Source: Alphaproteobacteria bacterium
GTDB lineage: Bacteria > Pseudomonadota > Alphaproteobacteria > SP197
Assembly: GCA_964291265.2 (NCBI GenBank)
Contig: OZ219747.1
Span: 1,472,001 to 1,536,000, forward strand
Length of the DNA: 64,000 nucleotides
Direction: 5' to 3'
Below the pieces are notes generated by a model. The model saw nothing but the letters and a program-made list of their open reading frames with translations. It had not been told where the DNA came from and searched no databases. Positions within the stretch are counted from its first letter, which is position 1, and the number at the start of each line of letters is the position of its first letter. Both the position numbers and the translations under genes were made by a program. Positions 30,052-39,898 of the stretch are shown piece after piece.

Positions 30052-30077
30052 TGTTGATGGCTGCATAGAACGGCGGG
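30052..30077. mobile_element. Solo terminal repeat of the IS21-type element at 48514-53839
   Basis: TGTTGATGGCTGCATAGAACGGCGGG is the exact reverse complement of 53814-53839. Confidence 0.85.
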
Positions 30078-30407
30078 CGGATGACAGCGACCTGCTGCAT
30101 CGGGCTCTGCGCGTTCCTGCATGACGACCCTGGCCCAGAGACGTGCGTTGAATCGCGGGCCCAAGCATGTCCTGTGGGCGATCGACCGCATCAGACGCCT
30201 TGTCGTGACCGATTGCCGCCGGCTGCCGTCGACCGGGTGCCTCGGCGCAGCGCACCGAAGGGGGTCGTGTTCCGGTGAGTCTCGGGCCTTTGCGGCTGCT
30301 GCGCAGTGTCGAATCAAGCCGGCAGGTTGACCTGTCGATGGTCATGGGAAGCGCTTGTGGCCGGCTGCCTCGCGCATGGTCAGCTCCGGCTCAGGGCGCC
30401 ATTCCGT

Positions 30408-31271
30408 TCACGAACCCCTCCCGCGGCGTGCGAGGATGATTCCGGCAAGGGCGATCAGCGTCATGCCGGTTGCCACCATGAAGGTGGGAACGTCGCCGAA
30501 GACGAGGTAGCCCAGAACGACCGCCACCAGGAGGGACGAGTACTCGAAGGGAACGACGAAGCTCGTTTCTCCCTTGCGGTAGGCGAAGATGATGAGGAAG
30601 TGGGCCGAACCGGCGAGCAGACCGGCGAGGACGATGAGCCAGAGGTTGAGTCCCTCGGCCATCTGCCAGGAGCCGGGAACGAGCAGGACCGGAACGAGCC
30701 CCGTCAGGGCAAAGGCGACCGTGGTGTAGAAGGCGGTCACCGGCGCCGGCTCTGTTGCTCCCAGGCGTCGCGCCAGCAGCACCGTGACGGCCACCGAGAC
30801 CGCGGCGGCCACACCCCACAGCGCCGCCGGCCGGAAGGCCTCGCTCCCGGGTTGCACGATGACGAGCGCCCCGGCGAAACCGACCGAGACCGCCGCCCAG
30901 CGAAGCGTCGAGACCCTTTCTCCCAGGAAGATGCCGCTCAGCACTGCCACGATGAAGGGTGACGAATAGGTGACGGCCGCGGCGTCGGCGATGGGAAGCT
31001 GCAGGATGGCTCTGAGGTAGAAGGTATAGGCCAGCGCCATCGCCATTCCGCGACAGGCCTGCCCCCACGGGCGGCGTGTCCTCAGATGACGCCATGTGCG
31101 GCTGAGGGAAAGCGCGACGAAGACCGGCAGGAACGCGATGCAGCTTCTCAGCAGGATGAAGCTGAAGGGATCGATGTCCTGCATCACCGTCTTGGCGAGG
31201 ACATCGCAGACGGTGAGCAGGCAGACACCGGCGACCACCGAGGCAATGGCAAGTCCGGGCTGATCGTTCAT
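30408..31271 (-). CDS. DMT/EamA family transporter
   Basis: About 10 TM segments; FLGERVSTLRW, IVQPG, VPFEY. Confidence 0.92.
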   Translation of the reverse strand: MNDQPGLAIASVVAGVCLLTVCDVLAKTVMQDIDPFSFILLRSCIAFLPVFVALSLSRTWRHLRTRRPWGQACRGMAMALAYTFYLRAILQLPIADAAAVTYSSPFIVAVLSGIFLGERVSTLRWAAVSVGFAGALVIVQPGSEAFRPAALWGVAAAVSVAVTVLLARRLGATEPAPVTAFYTTVAFALTGLVPVLLVPGSWQMAEGLNLWLIVLAGLLAGSAHFLIIFAYRKGETSFVVPFEYSSLLVAVVLGYLVFGDVPTFMVATGMTLIALAGIILARRGRGS

Positions 31272-31368
31272 GGCAAACCGCGGTGCCGCTGGGGAGCAGG
31301 CGGTTTACCCCGCCTTGACTTTGCGGACAATTGCGGGTGTTGTGCCGCACCGGAGTCGAGGGAGCAGC

Positions 31369-32739
31369 GTGGACAAGACAGTTTCTCGGTTCCAGACGAC
31401 CGGTCTGGACGACCTGAAATCGTTCCTGATCGAGTCCGGAGTGAGGTTCCTGCTCCCTTCCTATGTCGACATGCACGGCGTGTCGAAGTCGAAGATGGTG
31501 CCCATGAGCCATTTCAACCGGGCCATGACGGGCTCGGAACTGTGTACTGGCGCGGCGGTGGACGGCGTGCCCCAGGACATCAGCGACGAAGAGGTCGCGG
31601 CCCACCCGGACCCTGCCTCGTGCACGATCCAGCCGTGGATGCCCGATGTCGCCTGGTTCGCCAGCAACCTGTGGTGCGAGGGAAGGCCTTTCGAGCCGTG
31701 CAGCCGGAACATTCTCGGCCGTGTCCTCGAGGAGGCCCGGTCCCTCGGCCTCGGCATGAATCTCGGCGTCGAGACGGAATTCTTCGTGTTCCGCGACGAT
31801 GGCTCGCTCTGCCGGCCCATGAGCCCGCGGCACGATCTCGACAAGCCCGCCTATGACACCTCGCGGCTGCTGGACAACATCGGCTGGATGGGCGAGCTCG
31901 TCGATGCCATGAATGCCCTGGGCTGGGATGTCTACAGCTTCGATCACGAAGACGGCATCGGTCAGTTCGAGATCGACTTTTCCTATGCCGACGCCATGAC
32001 CATGGCCGACCGCGTCGTCTTCTTCCGCCGCATGGCTGGCGAATTCGCCAGGCGCCATGGCGGCTTTGCCTCGTTCATGCCCAAGCCCTTCGGCGACTAC
32101 GCCGGAAGCGGTGCGCATTTCAACATGTCGCTCTACGACAGGGTGACCGGCGCCAACCTGTTCGTGGCGGACGACGATCCCAGGGGCTGCGGCCTCTCGG
32201 CGCCAGGCTATCACTTCGTTGCCGGACTGCTGCGCCACCTGCCCGCCATGTCGGCGGTGGTGGCGCCGACCGTCAACAGCTACAAGCGCCTCATCCTCAA
32301 GGGCAGCAATTCGGGGTTCACCTGGGCGCCCGTCTTCTGTTCGTACGGCAACAACAACAGGACCAACACCATCCGCATTCCCGGTGGCGGAGGACGCGTC
32401 GAATTGCGCCTCGCCGACTCCTCGGGCAACCCCTATCTCGGTGCCGCCATGGTCCTGGCGGCCGGCCTGGAGGGCATTCGCGAGGAACTCGATCCCGGTG
32501 AACCGCACCGCGAGAATCTCTACGTCACGAGTAAGGACGAGCGCCGGAAGGCCGGCGTCGGCACCCTGCCGCGCACGCTGGGCGAGGCTCTCGATGCCTT
32601 CGCTGCAAGCGACCTGGCGAAGGCAACGTTCGGCGACGTCATGTTCGGGGCCTGGCTCGCCTACAAGCGTGACGAGTGGCTGGCCTATCTCAACCATGTC
32701 AGCGACTGGGAGCGTGACCGTTACCTGCGCTTCTTCTGA
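31369..32739 (+). CDS. glnT: Type III glutamate-ammonia ligase / gamma-glutamylamide synthetase family
   Basis: YVDMHGVSKSKMVP, GVETEFF, DHEDGIGQFE, FMPKPF, GSGAHFNMS, NNRTN, ELR. Confidence 0.85.
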   Translation: MDKTVSRFQTTGLDDLKSFLIESGVRFLLPSYVDMHGVSKSKMVPMSHFNRAMTGSELCTGAAVDGVPQDISDEEVAAHPDPASCTIQPWMPDVAWFASNLWCEGRPFEPCSRNILGRVLEEARSLGLGMNLGVETEFFVFRDDGSLCRPMSPRHDLDKPAYDTSRLLDNIGWMGELVDAMNALGWDVYSFDHEDGIGQFEIDFSYADAMTMADRVVFFRRMAGEFARRHGGFASFMPKPFGDYAGSGAHFNMSLYDRVTGANLFVADDDPRGCGLSAPGYHFVAGLLRHLPAMSAVVAPTVNSYKRLILKGSNSGFTWAPVFCSYGNNNRTNTIRIPGGGGRVELRLADSSGNPYLGAAMVLAAGLEGIREELDPGEPHRENLYVTSKDERRKAGVGTLPRTLGEALDAFAASDLAKATFGDVMFGAWLAYKRDEWLAYLNHVSDWERDRYLRFF

Positions 32740-32820
32740 TATCCGCGGCCCGGCGGCCGGCTGATCCGAGGAGGGGCCGGAAAGGGAACATCCAACCCTG
32801 GTCAAGGAGAGTTCACACAC

Positions 32821-34122
32821 ATGACTCCTGAAGAATTGCAAGCGGCGGTCGAATGGTCGACCGCAGTCAGCGCCGAGGCGTACTACTGGTGGTCGATCGG
32901 TCTCATGATCGCCATTCACGCCGGGTTCCTGATGTATGAAATGGGCGCCTCGCGGGTCAAGAACACGCTGGCGTCGGGCTGCAAGAACATCCTCGCCTTT
33001 GCCTTCATCATTCCGACGATGTTCTTTTTTGGCTGGTGGGTCTATCTCGCCTTCCCGCACGGAATCATCCCCGACCTCGAGTACGGCCTGACCGCGGAGC
33101 CCTGGAATGAATTCATGGGTCCCAACCTCGCCGACAACATCACCGGAGTGGTCTGGGGCGCCTTCGTGCTGTTCTCGGCCACCACGGCCTCGATCATGTC
33201 GGGCTCGGTCATCGAGCGCATCCGCATGGGAGCCTTCATCATCCTTGCCGTGGTGCTGGGTTCCTTCGCCTGGCTGATTGCCGCCGCGTGGGGATGGCAT
33301 CCGGAAGGCTGGCTCGTCACCGAGTTCGGCTATCATGATGTCGGAGCCTCCGGCGTGGTGCACATCATTTCCGGCTTCTTCGCGCTCGGCGTCCTGATCA
33401 ACCTCGGGCCGCGCATCGGCAAGTTCGGTCCGGGGGGCCAGATCAACAATCTCCAGGGCCACAGTGTACCGATGACGATCGCTGGCCTGATGATCATCAT
33501 CATCGGCTTTGTCGGTTTCCTGGGCGCCTGCCTGCTCTACAACGGCACGTCGCAATGGGCGAACATCTACGGCGGTCCGATGACGCTGTCGTCGTTCGGA
33601 TTCAACATGCTGATGAGCTTTGCCGGCGGAATCATCGGGGCCTACGCGGTCACCCGTGATCCCTTCTGGATGATGTCGGGGGCGCTCGGCGGCATCTTCG
33701 CTGCCGCTGCCGGTCTCGATCTCTACTATCCACCCCTGGCCTTTGCGCTGGGCTTTGCCGGCGGCGTCCTGATTCCCTATGGTCAGCGCTTCCTGGAGAA
33801 ACTGGGGATCGACGATGCGGTCGGCGCCGTGTCGGTGCATGGCTTCTGCGGAATCCTCGGTGTCCTGGCCTGCGGCATCTTCCTCGACGGCTATCCGGCT
33901 GTCTCGGAGTCCATACCGGGCATCACCTTCTGGGGCCAGCTTGTCGGTTGCGTGGTCATGGTGCTCATCGGCTTCGTGCCCGGCTACGTGGTGTCGCTGA
34001 TTCTCAGGATGCTGGGCATCCTGCGCGCAAGCGACGACATCCAGCAGGTCGGCATGGATCTCGAGATCCCGTCTCCTGCCTATCCCGAGCAGATCACCTC
34101 ACACCTTCACTGGCGCGGCTGA
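32821..34122 (+). CDS. amt: Ammonium transporter (Amt family)
   Basis: HAGFLMYEMG, SIMSGSVIER, SGVVH, LGPRIGKF, DDAVGAVSVHG; AAGGAG RBS. Confidence 0.93.
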   Translation: MTPEELQAAVEWSTAVSAEAYYWWSIGLMIAIHAGFLMYEMGASRVKNTLASGCKNILAFAFIIPTMFFFGWWVYLAFPHGIIPDLEYGLTAEPWNEFMGPNLADNITGVVWGAFVLFSATTASIMSGSVIERIRMGAFIILAVVLGSFAWLIAAAWGWHPEGWLVTEFGYHDVGASGVVHIISGFFALGVLINLGPRIGKFGPGGQINNLQGHSVPMTIAGLMIIIIGFVGFLGACLLYNGTSQWANIYGGPMTLSSFGFNMLMSFAGGIIGAYAVTRDPFWMMSGALGGIFAAAAGLDLYYPPLAFALGFAGGVLIPYGQRFLEKLGIDDAVGAVSVHGFCGILGVLACGIFLDGYPAVSESIPGITFWGQLVGCVVMVLIGFVPGYVVSLILRMLGILRASDDIQQVGMDLEIPSPAYPEQITSHLHWRG

Positions 34123-34160
34123 GCCGCGTTCAGGGCAGACAACCTGAAAGGAGTACAACC

Positions 34161-34349
34161 ATGTTCGGAGGAAGTCCGATAGAGTCCTGGGAAGGAGCCA
34201 CCGCGGTCTACAGTTATGCCGGATCCGGCGGCGCCCATCTCTTCCTGTGGATCGCCGTCCTCCTGTGTGTCGGCACGATCGTCGTGTCGATCATCGCGGA
34301 GAACCGGGCAGAGGCGGAAGCCACGCGTCTGCTCAAGGAACGCAAGTAG
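34161..34349 (+). CDS. Small single-TM membrane protein (62 aa) downstream of amt
   Basis: Strong AAAGGAG RBS; MFGGSPIESWEGATAVYSYAG then one hydrophobic helix. Confidence 0.8.
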   Translation: MFGGSPIESWEGATAVYSYAGSGGAHLFLWIAVLLCVGTIVVSIIAENRAEAEATRLLKERK

Positions 34350-34362
34350 CGTCCCGCTGGAC

Positions 34363-34392
34363 ACAGGCAGCCGGTCGTGGCCGGCTGCCTGT
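34363..34392. terminator. Hairpin between convergent genes (probable bidirectional terminator)
   Basis: Perfect 12-bp stem ACAGGCAGCCGG / CCGGCTGCCTGT with a 6-nt loop. Confidence 0.65.
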
Positions 34393-34398
34393 CCTGTC

Positions 34399-36438
34399 CT
34401 ACATGACGCCCACGAGGCGCACGGCGTCGTAGACCGCGGCGTGAATGTTGCGGCTCTCGACGGCATCGCCGAGGCGGAAGAGTCGGAAGGCGCCCTCCGG
34501 GTTCCTGCAGACCTCCTGGGGCCGTCGCCGGATCAGCGCCCCGTAGTCCACCTCTCCGCGATTGACCGACAGGTCGCGCAAGTCGAAATAGAGATCATCG
34601 GCGGGAAGGGTGCCGTGCTCGACCACCACCTGATCGACCAGGCGTTCGCCGATGTCGCTCCCGGTGAATTCACTGAACAGCGTCGCCCGCAGGCGGTTGC
34701 CCCGGCGCTCCAGCCTCGAGACCCTGGTGTTGATGGTGATCGTGACTCCATGCTCCTGGAAGAACTCGGCGTAGGGCGCATGGGTGAGCGCCCCCAGTTC
34801 GGGAGCGAAGGTGCGTTCCGGGGAGACAACCTCCACCCTTGATCCGGCGTCGGCCGCCAGCCAGGCGGCCTGCATGCCCGGCTGATGACCGTTGTCGTCG
34901 AAGACCAGGACCTCTGCCGCCGGAGCGACGGTTCCGGCGAGCAGGTCCCAGGAACTGACGGCAAGGCCGGAGCCCTCGTCGAGGATCTCCTTGTTGGGGA
35001 CACCGCCGGTACAGATGAGCACCACGTCGGGACCGAGGGCAAGCACGTCGTCCGCATCCGCCAGGATGTTGCAGCGCACGTCGACGCCGAGCCGCGCCAG
35101 GCGGGCAAGACGCCAGTCGACGATGCCGATCAGATCCTTGCGGTTGGGCGTGCGTGCCGCCAGGAGAATCTGGCCGCCAGGTCGGTTCGCCGCCTCCAGG
35201 ACGACCACGTCGTGGCCGCGTTCTGCGGCGACGCGGGCGGCTTCGAGGCCGGCCGGCCCGGCGCCCACCACGACGATGCGCCTCCCCGGCCCCGAACGCG
35301 GTTCCACCAACTGCGGCAGCGAGGTCTCGCGGCCGGTCGAGGGATTGTGGACACAGAGCGCGCCGGTTCCCGCATAGACGCTTTCGAGGCAGTAGGTGGC
35401 ACCGACACAGGGCCGGATGTCGTCCTCGCGTCCCTCGATGATGCGGTTGACGATATGGGGGTCGGCGATGTGGGCCCTGGTCATGCCCACCATGTCGAGC
35501 TGACCGGCAGCGATGGCATGGCGCGCCGTGGCGATGTCGGCGATCTTGTTGGCGTGGAACACCGGGAACCGGGTCTCGCTGCGGATGTCGCCGGCAAAGG
35601 CGAGATGGGGCGAGGCCGTCATGCCGGCGACCGGGATGATGTCGGTCAGCGCCCGGTCGTGGTCGATATGGCCCTTGATGACGTTCAGGAAATCGACCTT
35701 GCCCGTGGCGATGAACCGCCGGGCGATCTCCAGGCCCGTGGCACGCTCGTAGCCCTTGCGCCAGTTCTCGTCCAGGGACATGCGGATGCCGACGATGAAG
35801 TCGGGGCCGACGGCGCCGCGCACCTCGTCGAGCACCGCCATGGCGAAGCGCAGCCGGTTGTCGAGACTGCTGCCCCACCGATCGCGGCGCAGGTTCGTGG
35901 CGGGAGACCAGAACTGGTCCATCAGGTGGCCGTAGGCCTCGAACTCGATTCCGTCGAGTCCCGCCTCGGCCATGCGTGCGGCGGCCAGCCCGTAGTCCCG
36001 GATGACCCTCTCGATGTCCCAGTCCTCCATTTCCTTGGGAAAGGCGCGATGGGCCGGTTCGCGCACCATGGAGGGCGCGAGGACGGGGAGCCAGTGTTCC
36101 TTGTTCCAGTTGGTCCGCCGTCCGAGATGGGTGAGCTGGATCATCACCGCCGCGCCGTGGTCGTGGCAGGCGTCGGCAAGCCGGCGCAGTCCCGTCACCA
36201 CCTCGTCCTTCCACGCCTGGACGTTCATGAAGGCCTGGGCGGAGTCCCTCGAGACCACGGTGGAGCCGGCGATTATGGTGAGCGCGATACCACCCCTGGC
36301 CTTCTCCTCGTGGTAGCGCACGTAGCGCTCTCCCACGAGACCGTCCTCGGTGTAGCCCGGTTCATGCGCCGTCGACATGATCCGGTTCTTCAACTCGAGA
36401 CTCTTGAGTCGGTAGGGCTGCAGCAGGGGGTCACTCAT
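34399..36438 (-). CDS. NADH:flavin oxidoreductase, N-methylproline demethylase (StcD/HpbA)-like
   Basis: SDPLLQPY..K.LELKNRIMSTAHEP, YGHLMDQFWSP, RPCVGATYC, HNPSTGRE, GAGPAGLEAA, SRNIHAA. Confidence 0.88.
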   Translation of the reverse strand: MSDPLLQPYRLKSLELKNRIMSTAHEPGYTEDGLVGERYVRYHEEKARGGIALTIIAGSTVVSRDSAQAFMNVQAWKDEVVTGLRRLADACHDHGAAVMIQLTHLGRRTNWNKEHWLPVLAPSMVREPAHRAFPKEMEDWDIERVIRDYGLAAARMAEAGLDGIEFEAYGHLMDQFWSPATNLRRDRWGSSLDNRLRFAMAVLDEVRGAVGPDFIVGIRMSLDENWRKGYERATGLEIARRFIATGKVDFLNVIKGHIDHDRALTDIIPVAGMTASPHLAFAGDIRSETRFPVFHANKIADIATARHAIAAGQLDMVGMTRAHIADPHIVNRIIEGREDDIRPCVGATYCLESVYAGTGALCVHNPSTGRETSLPQLVEPRSGPGRRIVVVGAGPAGLEAARVAAERGHDVVVLEAANRPGGQILLAARTPNRKDLIGIVDWRLARLARLGVDVRCNILADADDVLALGPDVVLICTGGVPNKEILDEGSGLAVSSWDLLAGTVAPAAEVLVFDDNGHQPGMQAAWLAADAGSRVEVVSPERTFAPELGALTHAPYAEFFQEHGVTITINTRVSRLERRGNRLRATLFSEFTGSDIGERLVDQVVVEHGTLPADDLYFDLRDLSVNRGEVDYGALIRRRPQEVCRNPEGAFRLFRLGDAVESRNIHAAVYDAVRLVGVM

Positions 36439-37329
36439 GGGCCAGGATCCACGGAACCCGCCATGCATAGCACACCTGGCGAGGGGTTGAGCGCCCGGAA
36501 ACGTCGTGTTTTCCTTTTCACGGTACCGGGGTAAGCGCCATCCTCAAACCGAGCACGGGCAACGTTCATGACCGCGGCGTGTCGGCGGTTTGCCGTACGC
36601 ATCGTTTCTGCGTCAACGACGATGGTCCCCGTCGCAGGCCTGCCGACTGTTGATCAATGGTACGCGTGGAATTGTCTTGTCGTGTCTCGGGGTTCAGCGT
36701 CACAGCCTTCCCCCTGGTTACGTCGAAAGTTCGTCGTGATTTTCCGGGCAGAGCACTGTTTCGTGACGGGAGGGGGGTGACACTGCAGAGCGCTCTGGCC
36801 ACGCAGGGCAGCCCCTTCGGGCGGTGACCGTGGATGGGATGATCTCTGCGAAGGGCCGCTTCGCGGCCATGGGTGGCTGTGAAAGGGTCCTGTGCTGAGT
36901 GATCGACGAGAGTTGATCTGAGCGAGGCTTCATGTTTCCGGGTCTCCCGACGGTTCGGGAGGACAACCAACCAGGGAGCTTTCAATCGGACACGGTCAAG
37001 AGGCCGGGCCCGCTTCAGCATGGACCCGGCTCGTCGTCCATGCCGTTCACCTGCCCTGCGCACGGATGGTCCCGCTCAGGTGGACCGCGGCCATGGTCCA
37101 GGCGCTGACCGCGCGAATGCCCTGCCAGACCACGCTTCCGGGCTTCGTCCCGCGCCTGCATCAGGCGTTGGAACCATGGCAGGCCAACGCAATCGATAAG
37201 GTCTTCGCCATACCCGTGCTGCACGTCAAGGCAACCTCGCTGCGGGTAGCAAGGAAGGAACCACCTGATCCACGTCTGCTCCGACAGGCCCCGCACGGGC
37301 AGGTCAGACCGGACAGGTGATTCTCCAGG

Positions 37330-37737
37330 CGCCAGGACAGGCGCATCGCACGATGCTGCATGTTCGAGGAGATCCTGGAGCTTGACCGACAGGGAGATGC
37401 CCGGGATCCCAAACAAGGGAAAAGGGCCGTTCCAGGATCGCTCGCCAAGCCCGATGCCCACAACCCCCCTCGAATACCCCGCCGCCCGGAGACGGAACGC
37501 TCTGCGCCTCGCAAGGCATGCCGGAATTCCGTTCTCCGACAGTCGCGCCGAGAGCGCGACTCCTGGGTGGTCAAGGTCAGGCAGAAGGCCTCCGGCTTTT
37601 TGCGAATCGCCGTCTTCGCACACGCCTGGTGCCGCATGTCCAGCTATATGCGAACCATGGCGGCGCTCGCATACAACCCGCTCGTCGCCATCGCCCTTCA
37701 AGGCAAGGCCGTCGACTGTCTCGATCAACACGTCTGA
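37330..37737 (+). pseudogene. IS66-family transposase C-terminal remnant
   Basis: IPFSDSRAE (PFTNNRAE-like), VKVRQKASG, AHAWCRMSSYMRTMAALAYNPLVAIALQG; multiple frameshifts. Confidence 0.7.
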
Positions 37738-37961
37738 TATCGGGGCAAGCGTAAGCGTTCAGACCAAGGGTGACGATGATGGACATGACCGTGGCAACCA
37801 CGCTCCGTCCCGGGCCTCGCCCGTATTCGCTCAGTTCCATCATGCCCTGTCACTGCGTGACCGAACGCTTACGGGCAAGTGGTTACCGGCCGGGGATGGT
37901 TAGGTGGAAGGATCCGGAATGGGTCGCTTCATGGTGTCTGTCAGGTGTTCGCGGGCACCGC

Positions 37962-39527
37962 TCATGCGGTCTCGGCGCGGATGTCGAGGAGGTTGCGCGC
38001 CTCGCGCCCGCAGGCCACGCCGACGAGGTGGACCGGGCCGCCGTGGTCGCGGTAGGTCTCGGCATAGCCCCGCTCGCGCATCTGCGCCAGCGCCGCATCC
38101 AGCGCCGCAGCGCCGTCCCCCTCGCCCTCGGCCATCTTGAACTCCAGCACGAAGACCTGACCGCCGAGGCGCACCACCATGTCCGCACGGCCGCGGTGCG
38201 AGGCCTCCTCCACGCTCAAATTCACCCCGACCGAACGCAGGCATATGTAGAGAAGGCTCGCATACCAGGCCTCGTAGCGCGCCAGGTCGCCCTTCGCATG
38301 CCACTGGTAGGGAATGCCCGCAAGCCAGGCGCGGAGCTTCTCGCCGAAGCCGGCGAAGTCGTTCGCCTCAAGCAGGGCGCAGAACTCGCGGCCCCGCTCC
38401 AGCGACTCGACGCCCTTCCTGCTCAGCCAGGCAAGCAGTCCGCGGTTCAGGCTGATCCGGACCTCGAGGTTGGGATAGTCCAGCCGGTAGAGAGCGTCGA
38501 ACTCGTCCCGCTCCTCCCCCGCGATGGTCAGGTAGCCGGTCTGGAAGAGCAGGGCCTCGATGGCGATGTCGCCGACATCGAACTTCGAGACCAGGGACGT
38601 GCCCGCCAGCCGTCCCTCCAGTTCCATCGGACTCACCGACTTCTCCATCAGCATACGGAACAGGAAGTCCGGCGACCCGGTCTCGAACCAGTAGGGACGG
38701 AACTCGCGGCTCCGCAGGAACAGCAACACATCGTAGGGATTGTAGACCCGCTCCCCGCCCCGCCAGTGGTAGCCGTTGTACCAGGTGCGAATCTCCTCGC
38801 GGTCCAGTCCGACAAGCTCAGGCCCGAACACACGGTCGAGATCCTCCTCGCGGTAGCCGCAGATCGTGGCGAAGCGCGGATCGAGACTGATGTCCTCGAG
38901 GTTGTTGAGCCCCGAGAACAGGCTGACCTTGGAGAACATGCTGACACCGGTGACGAAGACGAAGCGGACATGTTCGGCGCTGTCCTTGACGATGCCGTAG
39001 AAGCCGCGCAGGTAGTCCCGGTTGGCCGTCGCAAGACCGGGATCGTGGAGCACGTCGAGGATCGGCTTGTCGTACTCGTCCACCAGCACCACCACCTGCC
39101 GGCCGGTGGCGCAACGCAGGTGATAGAGGACATTCTGCAAACGCTCCGGACCCGTGTTGGCGACCGGCACCTCGTCGAGGCCGGCGCCATGTTCGATGAT
39201 CGCCAGCTGGTTGAGAATGTTGCGCTCGATGTCCCCGGGTTCGTTGTACTTGCCGCCGAAGCTCAGCCGCACCACAGGATGCGGCGCCGACCAGTCCCAG
39301 TGGGGATGGATGTCCAGGCCCCGGAACAGGGGTTCGTGGCAGGCAAAGAGCGACCGCAGGGTGTCGAGCAACAGGCTCTTGCCGAAGCGGCGCGGGCGGG
39401 ACAGGAAGTAGTGGCGCCCCTCGTCCACCAGACGCCGGACGAGCGAGGTCTTGTCGACGTAGTAGAAGTCCTCGCTGCGGATCGTCGGAAAGTCCTGGAT
39501 CCCGATCGGAAGACGGCGACGGCTCAT
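37962..39527 (-). CDS. AAA-ATPase-like + C-terminal PD-(D/E)XK nuclease protein, copy 1 (521 aa)
   Basis: LPIGIQDF, YYVDKT, RPRRFGKS, LVDEYDKP, YWFETG, GRADM..LEFK..ALAQM...Y; AAGGGAG RBS. Confidence 0.92.
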   Translation of the reverse strand: MSRRRLPIGIQDFPTIRSEDFYYVDKTSLVRRLVDEGRHYFLSRPRRFGKSLLLDTLRSLFACHEPLFRGLDIHPHWDWSAPHPVVRLSFGGKYNEPGDIERNILNQLAIIEHGAGLDEVPVANTGPERLQNVLYHLRCATGRQVVVLVDEYDKPILDVLHDPGLATANRDYLRGFYGIVKDSAEHVRFVFVTGVSMFSKVSLFSGLNNLEDISLDPRFATICGYREEDLDRVFGPELVGLDREEIRTWYNGYHWRGGERVYNPYDVLLFLRSREFRPYWFETGSPDFLFRMLMEKSVSPMELEGRLAGTSLVSKFDVGDIAIEALLFQTGYLTIAGEERDEFDALYRLDYPNLEVRISLNRGLLAWLSRKGVESLERGREFCALLEANDFAGFGEKLRAWLAGIPYQWHAKGDLARYEAWYASLLYICLRSVGVNLSVEEASHRGRADMVVRLGGQVFVLEFKMAEGEGDGAAALDAALAQMRERGYAETYRDHGGPVHLVGVACGREARNLLDIRAETA

Positions 39528-39898
39528 CGGTCTCTCCCTTCGCGGCGCCGGAACCTGCGGCTGAGGCGGGAAGTGCCGGACCTCCCGTGTCGCGGCTCCG
39601 AATGTCCCGGAACGGTCATGTCTGAACACAACGGTCACGCTATCCGCCCGCCTGTCCATGAGCAAGGGAGAGGTACGACCAGGGCGAACATGAAGGGCAA
39701 CCCGCAGCCGTTGAAGCACCGTTCAGCTTGGCAACCCGGAGGCTCATGCTGCGAAGCGGCGCCGAGCATCGAAAGGCGCCTTGCAGCGTGAGCCGTTCGG
39801 CCCTGTCCTCCGAGAATGCCGTATCGGCCGGGAATGGTTCGGTGGAAGGATACGGAATGGGTCGCTTCGTGGTGCGGACAGGCGTTCGCGGGCGCCGC

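Noticed and set aside
30391-33840. 1149-aa minus-strand ORF
   Set aside because: Antisense shadow of glnT and amt in high-GC DNA; no recognisable motifs.
36500-37320. Short ORFs and possible structured RNA upstream of the demethylase
   Set aside because: No riboswitch consensus or protein motif that I could support.
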